Assembly: GCA_012295275.1 (NCBI GenBank)
Contig: CM022671.1
Location: 9,176,001-9,240,000, forward strand
Length of the DNA: 64,000 nt
DNA from: Chrysomallon squamiferum
Lineage: Eukaryota; Animalia; Mollusca
Direction: 5' to 3'
This document shows positions 54,588 to 64,000 of this stretch, piece by piece. Numbering within the stretch: the first letter of the stretch is position 1; each line of letters begins with the position of its first letter. Below the pieces are notes generated by a model. It saw nothing but the letters and a program-made list of their open reading frames with translations. It was not told the DNA's origin and did no database searches. The translations under genes and the position numbers were made by a program.

Positions 54588-57500
54588 TTATTTATTTATT
54601 TACATTTTGAGATTCATATCAACAAGAAGTCCATCTTCCATTTGAAGGTTACTTGGACATATTTTTTACAACAAAACAACAACAAAAAACAAATGCGAAA
54701 CAAATTTATTCATGCTTACCAATTAAAATAACAAAATTTTATGGCAGTACAATTATATTTATCACAGTTTGGACATTATTTCAAATCAACTCAGTGTGCT
54801 TGAAAAACATTTCTTGTTCTAACCTTACAAAAAACCTGTTTAAAAAAATGTAACTGCATGAAATTGCTTGAATTACATGGAAGTCAAATATTTATGCTAA
54901 CATTTCTTCAACATCAGATATTCATCACTTATCACCCTGCATGTTTCCTACACCAAAGAAAAATATTTACAAGGTTTAAATTGCAACATGTAAACACAGA
55001 TAAGTATTCTGAAGGCTTGATGTTATTTTAATTTCACCAGATAAATTTTGTAATTTTCTTTTAATTAAGAAAGATTACCATCTAACACAATTATACACAG
55101 ACGCATACCGACTGGTTTACTCATTCAAACACTCAAATTCACCAACTCATTAACTTACTCACTTTCTCACAAACTCACTCATGACTGCACGATCATATAT
55201 ACTGACATAAAGTATTATTCTAATATTCAAGAATACCCTGTTTTTGTCTTTCAGAACTGTTCTAAATTAGGTAAAAAAAAAAAAAAATTTAAGAATTTCT
55301 TTTTATTTCTTTTCTGAAATGTCTGTATTTGAGATTATTTTAAAAATTAATAATTATGACTTGAACAACCAGTATTGTTGTATCATTTAAAGTAATACAT
55401 CACATAATTTATTGTTTAAGCCTTCAATTTTATTAAAATTTAATGAAGAATATTACAATAAAATCAAAGATGATTTAAAAAATATTTGTTACTTTTCATG
55501 GAGATTGACAAACACCCATTAACCTATTCCAAGTCTCTGCCAACATTAAATTAAGTGAATATTTTTGTGAATAAAAAATAAAAATAAAAATAAATAAATA
55601 ATAGTAATAAAAATTTACAACTTGTTAATAAAATACAAATGAGAAGAGGAAATTAGAGACTGAGAATTTGTGTTATTTTGTCTTTACATTTACCACCTGA
55701 TTTGAAAAGCATTTAAACAAAACTCTAAGATGAAAGGAGTTTGTATGTACAAAGAGATCTAACAATTTCACACACCACTAACACCAGTGATATGGGACAC
55801 AGTGACTGCTTGTCACAGCTATCACTTTATTTGTTCTGATGATGAAACGACCAGTTTTAATAAACACTATTCTTTTTTTAAACAGAATGCATGAAGCCAT
55901 CTTTCATTCAAAAATAACTAAAATCACAGCTAAATCCAAGTAAGCTCTAGAGAATTTGATACTCCAATGCCACTTCTAACAACAGCAGTTTAGTGAAGAT
56001 TTTAAAGTGGAATTCAAGGTAGACAAATGTAACACAACATTAATTTGATGACAAAGATGGTTTTGAGGAAATGATGTCCCAGCTTGCATCATGATCAAGC
56101 AGACTAGTAACTATCATAAAACACTAATACACATCTTGAGTGATGTCTGCTTTTCAATGAGTCATCAAATAATGGGAAATTGTTCTGTATTGTAACAATC
56201 ACTTTAATTCCCAGTCTCACAAAATGTAGGGTGGTAGGTCAGTAAAGGTCTTTTAACTTCAGTTTAACTGTCAATGGGTTATTTCTCTCATGTTCTGCAT
56301 TTCTTAATGAGTCAGCAAAATGTGTCCAACTATTAGCTAAGATTCAAGTATACAAAACAAAGGCCTAGGTATTTTCCAAAATGCTATTGGTATGTTACAA
56401 TATTTTTTTCAGAAAATGAAGTTCACTGAGAATAGGAGATGGTAACAGAACAAATTGTTAGTCATGAGGCATGTGTATTTTTCAAGATAATGTTAATATT
56501 TTAGAAGGTATTTCTGAATAGAAGCTGATAATAAGATATGAACTGATTTGTTATAGTCTAGGTTTGTGAGTATTTTCTAAGACAGTGCTTATATATTAAA
56601 AATAGTATTTACAGAGGAAAAAGGTTACTGGTGATTAGAACATAATAACAGGACAAAAACAAACTAGAACAAGTTACAATCTAGAACTCTGGATATTTTC
56701 CAAAATAATCTGAGAAGGTAATACTGATAGGACAAGAAAACATTGCTAAAAATATGTTCAAGTTTCACATAAAAACAAAACTTCAACATTACAAAGATTT
56801 TATTTTTGGTATTGCAGAACACCATAAATATTTTTATGTACCAAGGAACCTTCAAACTATTTAAATTGATAAACATATATTTTAAAATATGAATAAATTT
56901 GTTTCTATATATTTATTGAAGGGTTATGTGCAACCCTATGATTCGGTATATTCTGGCTGAAAATTTATGTAAATAAATATTAAATAAAAATCATTATAAA
57001 AGAATCATTTTAAGCTCTATTTGAAAAAAAAAAAAAAATAAAATAAAATCTTTTTGCTGTCTTTTCTAACATCTGAAACCAGAAGGAAAAAAAAAAGAAA
57101 AAAAGTAAAAATAGGAAACCCATCAAAAAAGCTCAGAATTCCAATGGTTATTTTTTTGGAAATATAGATTTTTTTTTTACCAAAATATTTCAGTCTGGCT
57201 GACAATTAACACTGTCTTTCAAATGTAATAAAATCTGCAGGTAATGTAGCTAAGTTTAACTTTGTGAGGTAATAAACCCAGTCCTGTTACCAACATAGAT
57301 GTTAATCATGAAGCTGAAGACAAACATGTCTAGTTAGGGTAACTGATTTGTTTAGCGTTTAACAGAGTAAACGTCTACAAATCAAGGTGTGGTTGTTTTT
57401 TAGAGTTAAAACAATTGTTGTAGGTAATTTAGTGAAGATTAACAACTTCTTGGAAGGTATAGAACATTTGGCTCCCTTTCTCTGTGTGTGTAAGTGTGTG

Positions 57501-58129
57501 TGTGTGTGTGTGTAATATATATTCCCGAAAGAACCATGTTTAAATTTACTTTTTATGTGCATGCTGATAAATGAATAGAAATGTAAGTATTTATGAGTAT
57601 AATGTGTGTGTGTGTGTTTTTATTAAAAAAAAACATATTAAATTATCAGACTGGTACATTCATATTCCTTCTTTTAGGACATTTGCTTTTATTTAAATCA
57701 ATACTCTAAACAAAAATAAAAAATACAGTAAATAATGCCATGTGACTCTTGCAGTAGAGCTGTCATTTGACAAACATGATCTTTTATCAATACACCCCAC
57801 AAACCCCCAGGGTATATAATGCCCTACCAAGTTCTGTCTATTAAATGTGTAATTATTTTAGTGTCTGCTCTACTTAGGTGATTATAACTTCTAATGTCTG
57901 AAGTTTAAACTGGGGTACCCAGGCACCAAACTGAGGTACATGTCATGTAACAGACCAGAGATTCTGTTACAACTCGATGCTCTGTTAAAGGTACAGGAGA
58001 GGTCAAAATGTAGTGGAAACTGAAAGTACTTGTAGTTAAATTTCCTTTATACAAACATCTATCATATATCAGAAACATCAATAAATAAGGCTGTGTTCTA
58101 TTTATAAAATAATAATAATAATTAAATAA

Positions 58130-58167
<38 letters not shown>

Positions 58168-59499
58168 AATTGAAAAATTAGTAAATAAAAATAAAGAAAA
58201 AAGGTGATTTAGAAAAAAAAATAAAAAAAAATAAAAAAATGTCTTTCTTTGTCAACAAGGAAGAGAAACCTGTCACTGTATTTACTTTGTATCTGTGACC
58301 ACTGGGATCATCAGTGATTTGTATGCTAAAAACTCTATCAGCTGACACAGATCTTTATTAAAAAAACAACAGTAAAAATACTTTTTTTATAAATAGCAAT
58401 CAATATGCACTATTATATTATAAAAGAAGGAAATTAAAGCCTGTAATAATAATAGAAAGGAAATATTAAAGAATTTACAAATATACATACATACATACAT
58501 ACATACACACACATATATATATATATAAAATCTCCAAACTCCCAACAAAATAACAATAAATGGAAATCTTCTGGAATCTATAAATAATCTCTTATTTTTT
58601 CCTTCTTCATTTTTTTAAAAAAAATGTTTTTAAATTATTTTAGTTTATGTGTTTTTTTTTTTAGCTTAATAAAAGGATATTCTCTAGAGGAAGAAGTAAA
58701 CTGGTGTAAAAGCAAATGTCAGACATCAAGACAGGCTTGAAGTTTTATCTAGGAAGACAACATCAACTGTCTGTGTTTGAGGAACAATTTGTCATGACAA
58801 ATGAGAACTCTGCAAAATAGACAAGTTGAGATTTCATTTTGCTCTTGTAGATAATACATTACTTTGAACTGTGTAACCCTTTTATCAAGCACATTTTTCC
58901 TTTTTCTTTTTAAAAATAATAATAATTAAAAATAGAAAATCACATAATTAATATTCTTCTTTGTCTGCTTCAACAAAATGTCTTTGCTAATTGCTACAAC
59001 AAAATATAAAGTAAAAAAAGCATTAGAAATTGTATTTTATAGCTACACTTTTCTCTCAACACATGGTCTATGTGTGTGATGTACGTGTGTGTCTGAGTAC
59101 ATGCACCTGTTATTTTATGTTTGTATGTTTCTTTGTATGAACAGTTTACATTATTGTCTTAAATAAATACAACACACAAACAAAACCCCCCAAAACTAAC
59201 AAAGAAAAGAACAAAACAACAAAGAACAAATTCAAACAAACAAAACAACACTGTTATGATATACAGTAAACAGTTTGAAAAACCAGTATGATTTTAAAGC
59301 TCTGAAATCTTTACATACTACAGAGGACTGTCAGAGGTAAAATATAAAATACATGGAACAGAAACCTCAATAAATAATTTAAAAAACAACTGGCAGTCAA
59401 AATATGAACATGGCCATTTTAAATATGTAAACATTCTCTTCTAAGTGCTGTTTGTCTTGCGAGGCAGAAAAAAAGAAGAAAAAACCTCCCTAAAAACTT

Positions 59500-60000
59500 T
59501 GTATGACATTCAAGAAATAAATGGTGTGATTAAATGACAGCCAAGATGGATGAAAATTAAACAAGCTGAGCACAAGGTTTTGACTTGTGCGAGTTTGAAG
59601 AACGTCATCGCTGAACGGAAATGGAGTGTGCTCTCACAATGTGGTGGAAATAGAGGCTCTCCATATGGACAGATTGGGTAGCATTTCCAAATGGCCATTG
59701 ACCTTAGCAAAGCAAATGAATACCTTAATTAAAACCGTACAAGAAATCATGGCCAACACTTCATGGATTGCTGTGAAAGTAGCAACAATTAACGTGACAA
59801 ATTGGAAAGAGATATTTGTTCCGTGGATGCCTTTATGAGAATGATGATTCTGAGCTGGTTGTACAACAAATCAGAGTGGTGTTGTGAAAAAAACACACAG
59901 ATGTGACATAAGGATGTCAAGTGGTCACTCACCACTTGACTCAGATAACTACCTGGATATAACTAGCCAAACAACACAGGCATGGAGAGAATCTTTGTCA
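59500..60000 (+). mobile_element. Decayed RTE-clade LINE fragment (post-RT region)
   Basis: Ordered frameshifted motifs SLKNVIAE/NGVCSHNVVEIE, PTL..CCES, DKLE and RMMILSW..K correspond to RTE LGSxIxxNGxCxxEI, PTLLYGCESW, KLE and RRxLxISWxxK. GC and CpG content are higher than in the flanks. Confidence 0.55.
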
Positions 60001-60088
60001 ATCATTTTGGATGAAAATTTAAAACACTTTTATAATTAAATGTCCATCATCTGAAATAGATGACACTCAATGGAAAATGAATTTGGAA

Positions 60089-60122
<34 letters not shown>

Positions 60123-60874
60123 GCATGTGTGATGAATGTATGTGTGTGTGTGTGTACATAAGTATATATGTATGTACATACATACACATACACATTATTT
60201 TTAAGAATTTCTACTTATTCATTTTTTACATTATAAATTTCTATTAATTTTATTTTCTCCCTTGTCTTATATATCAATTTTATATTTATGAGCTAATATA
60301 AATGATAATAACTTTCATTTTAAAACAAAAATGTAAAGTAAGCTAACACATAAAATATTTTTGACATGCAAAATCAGTTACAGAAAATTAATCTATGTTT
60401 TTTGTGGTGTTGTTAAAATACATTCTGATCTTGTTTTATGAAATCATTATATCCATGTTTGTTCACATGTAAATTGTACAATAAAATAATTACTTATAAT
60501 ATCAGAAAACAGCAAATACATTTTTACACATTAATAAAATTTTCAGATTTCCAAAGTACATAATGATAATTTCCATTCAAAATCGCAATATATTACCCAC
60601 TGATTATCATTCTTTGTAATTCATCATGTAAATCACCATTGTTGAAAGACAAAGTTAATTTAACGACAGAAATGTTCTGTATATGTCCAGCTGTGAGTTT
60701 TAGTTTCTAATTCAATCAAATTATTCCCACATGCTGGTAGATGATGTGAACAGATCTGCCAGAGATCAATATTCTACATATCTATCAGTGATAACAACCC
60801 ACAAAGGATCACTTTCAGTTTTCCATCAGTTACATTTGCAGGATATCAAGCCTCTTTTTACCAAAAATGACTAA

Positions 60875-60924
60875 AACAAGGGAGATAAAAGGTTCCCCTG
60901 TGTTTGGTAATTATCTCCCTTGTT
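60875..60924. repeat. Perfect 14-bp inverted repeat with a 22-nt loop
   Basis: aacaagggagataa (60875-60888) pairs with ttatctcccttgtt (60911-60924). Confidence 0.9.
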
Positions 60925-61489
60925 CACAAGTATGGGTCGTTCCTGAAATGACCCTCTTGTTGATGAATGGTTATCTGATAAGATGTACAACCAAATAAAA
61001 TCAGAGTGATGGGAATTACATTATTCACTGTATAGTAAATGTTAGTCTATGGCTATGGCAAAGCTTAAATAGGGCAGACATCATCATTCTGCTTTGGAAT
61101 TACAGCAATGGAGATGTTAACAGTACAATTTGTCAGCCACTTTGTATATCCAAGTTTAAGAATATTTTATTATCAGTACTGAGTAAAACATTTGGTATTT
61201 TTTGGCAACCAGAACATTTTTCCCATTAGTAGTGTGCGATCTTTTAGATATATATGTACCCAGATAGTAAGGTCACAGACACTACATAGAAAGAGAAATG
61301 ACTCATAGTCTCATAGTCTCATTTTTTGGAAAAAATTTATATCAATTTCTTCTCTATGTTTCTTTTGTTTTATATGGATACTGATCAATCTGTGAGTCTT
61401 TCTTATCTACCATATCTCTCACACATAACCTAATAAAAATACTTTTCAAATTAGTTTCAACATTATTGTTTGCAATAATTGTTAGGCTC

Positions 61490-61518
61490 ACACCCACCCC
61501 CACCCACCCACCCACCCA

Positions 61519-61568
<50 letters not shown>

Positions 61569-61616
61569 CTCTCTCTCTCTCTCTCTCTCTCTGCTCTCTC
61601 TCTGTGCTCTCTCTCT
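61490..61616. repeat. Compound (CCCA)n(CA)n(CT)n microsatellite
   Basis: Direct reading. Confidence 0.95.
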
Positions 61617-62479
61617 TGCCCAGCTATCTTTACTTCCCTCCCCCAACACCCTCCCACATCCTCCTACATTCTGTACAAATTCTTTTTTACTCAAGCATGG
61701 ACAAAGTTACTCATCAAATGGACCAGTTTAAGCTGATTTAGTTTTATAATACAGTTTTAAAAATATCATTGACAGGATTTAGGAAAAGATTCAAATAATC
61801 TGAGAATTTTGGTATCATCCTAAAAAAAAAAAAATAATAAATAATAAAAAAAATTAAAAAAATTATTTTTAAAAATATGAAATAAAACATATGGATTCAA
61901 TTGACAGTATAGGAAATTGGCTTTCCATGCCCAGACAACACTGGATGAAGAGATGTATTGCCTGTCAATGATGATGATACATTTTCACATATTCACTTGC
62001 GTAACAACACTTGAGTGGACAGAATGCAATGAAAGCAAACAACAAAATGACTTGGTTTAGCTCAAGTATGGAGACGTAGACAGCTTTTCATTTAAGATCT
62101 TTCAGCAAGTGCAAACTTTGAAAACTTTGTTGTACAAATTAGACAATTAGGTGGCTTACAAAATTTATCTGTTTGAAAATGATATCTTTTAAAATGTGTT
62201 AGGAATTGCATAAGTTTTGGGATGAAGTTCTACATACATATGTATCCACTTACGCACATCTGCATATATACACATATACATATGTAGCTAAATACACATA
62301 CATACTTACAAAAAATGCATATATATGAATATATATTTGTGGCTCAATTATTAAAGAAGGATTAACTATGACACATTTTTAAAAGATGATAACTCTCGAC
62401 TTTGTTAATACCTCTGATGTTTTGAAAATAATCATTTCATTTTCCATAAATCACGCTGTCAAAATATCTTTGTTCTTCT

Positions 62480-62800
62480 TTGGCAAATCAAGCAGAAATT
62501 GCCTTTGATATATGGGCAAAGCCTAAGAGCAAACAAAAGAAAGTGTATCATTGGGCAAGAAATATCTTAGGCTCAAATGAAGCAAAAATAAATCTATTGC
62601 TTCAGTCTGAAAGTGTAAATTCTCACCAATCACAAGTCACTGTTTGCATTAGAGATTTGTGAAACAAAATTGGAATATTTTCTTTTCTCTCTCCTTTTTT
62701 TCTTCCTCTTCTCTCATGCTATAATTCTTCAAAGAACTGCTGTGGGCAATTTTACAAAGCTGGACATTGGGTGTCTCATCACTATTCATCCAGAAAATGT
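62480..62800 (+). mobile_element. Decayed Tc1-family transposase fragment
   Basis: WAK......W(A)RNILGSNEAKINLL resembles Tc1 WAK.......WxNILWSDETKINLF. Further on, frameshifted W-G-QFYKAG-LG-CLITIH resembles VWGCFSxxGxGxLxxI. Confidence 0.5.
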
Positions 62801-63184
62801 TTCCATATTATTCACATTTCTTTCATCTTTTGCATTAGCAATAGTACTTCTTTTAAAGTTATTACTATCACCTCACTGGAAGGTGAGTGTGCATGAAGGA
62901 ATGCACCAAAAAAACAAACAACAACAACCAACAAAAAAAAAAAAAAAAAACATTATTTTGCTTCTTCTTTCATTATTATTATGTTTTGTTTACTGACCAG
63001 TGCTTAAACTAAAATCAAAGAAAATGAGCATGTTCCTCAGTGGCACTGGAATGAAACAAATTACCAGAAAATATTTTGTGTTGATATACAAGATTGGCTT
63101 TCGATAAAGATACCTGAAAACTATGTCAGATTATAGACAATATAGCTAAATGTATCTCATATATGATATTGTAAATACAATGTT

Positions 63185-63510
63185 GTAAAGAAATATAAGG
63201 TAGGTGACTTCTAAAAGAAAATGAAGGAAGGATGGATTTCTAAATAAATGAAAGACAATGATGGTCATAAGAAATGTAAAGCAAAGATGACCTTCTAAAG
63301 AAAAGTGAAGAAAATATGGTCTTCCAAGGAAATTTAAGATTATAAAGAAATTAAAAGCATATATGGAATTATAAAATAAAATAAAGTTAATATGATATCT
63401 AAAGAAATATAATAAAGATGATTTTCTAACAAATGTATTAAAGGAAAGAGAGTTTTATTAGAAAGAATTATTTTGTAAAGAAAGGATGGTTATCTAAAGA
63501 AATCTAAATA
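63185..63510. repeat. Degenerate tandem repeat of about 27-29 bp, about 11 copies
   Basis: Recurring aaagaaat.taaag.aaagatg..tttct. Confidence 0.8.
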
Positions 63511-64000
63511 TGCCAAATATGCTGTAACACGTTTCTTTTTACAGGACACCTAAAAGTCTGGAATCATAGCACAGTGTGTTTATGAACAATGTTCTGCAGT
63601 TTTGCAGATAAAAATCTCCAGACTTGAATCTTTTTTATTTTTCTTTCTGTGGTTAAGTCACTGGCAAAGTTTATTCTGACTAAATTCCAAAATCTCAAGC
63701 ATCTGCAACAGCAAATCTCTGTCATATGTCAAGATGCTGATCTCTGCATGCTTTGGAGGATACAGAAAAACATGATTCTTTATCAGCTTAAATCCCTGGA
63801 GGTTGAAGTGAATTATGTTGAATATATTTTTCATATGTTGTGCTATTAAACACTCTTTCCCCCATGATTTCAGACAAATATATTATTCATAAACTTTTAT
63901 TATAACTGTAAATTTTTCTGATTTCCTGCATCATAATGTTAAATAATTTATAATACTTTTGTTTGTAAACCTTTATTATGAGTGTAGAGTTTATAGATAT

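Larger units (their letters stand above)
1809..64000 (-). other. MON2: Probable giant (>62 kb) MON2 intron whose 5' end lies beyond the window
   Basis: No sequence encoding the preceding MON2 segment (human ...[30 protein letters not shown]) was found by eye. Long homopolymer runs are mostly A on the + strand, i.e. U-rich on the - transcript, and CpG is depleted throughout. Confidence 0.65.

Noticed and set aside
62735-62888. + strand exon candidate ending in strong AAG|GTGAGT
   Set aside because: The acceptor is weak (AAG) and the sequence overlaps the Tc1-like fossil. No recognisable product.
1-64000. let-7/miR-100/miR-125 or other known RNA genes (let-7i lies near MON2 in human)
   Set aside because: No mature miRNA, tRNA, rRNA or snRNA sequence was recognised by eye. 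An Infernal/Rfam scan would be needed to exclude them formally.

Overview
Eukaryotic, strongly AT-rich, CpG-poor animal genomic DNA. Its SINE-like repeats resemble, from memory, those of gastropod molluscs; this was not searched. The only recognisable host coding sequence is two minus-strand exons of MON2 (1698-1808 and 741-916) joined by a 781-nt phase-0 GT-AG intron. I could not find the next upstream MON2 exon anywhere in 1809-64000, so about 62 kb of the window appears to be one giant intron. It is filled with microsatellites, several minisatellites of different ages, and decayed RTE-clade LINE, Tc1/mariner and SINE fragments. The best candidate for a novel signal is a recursive-splice-site (ratchet point) motif on the MON2 strand at 54552/54551: branch point, polypyrimidine tract, CAG|GTAAGT, then a 47-nt cryptic RS-exon and a second strong donor. 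Other leads are an exact 46-bp dispersed duplication, a CpG-retaining block with a perfect TCF/LEF site, and a possible antisense exon. Apart from the MON2 exon and a few transposon fossils, the ORF-track entries are low-complexity artefacts.
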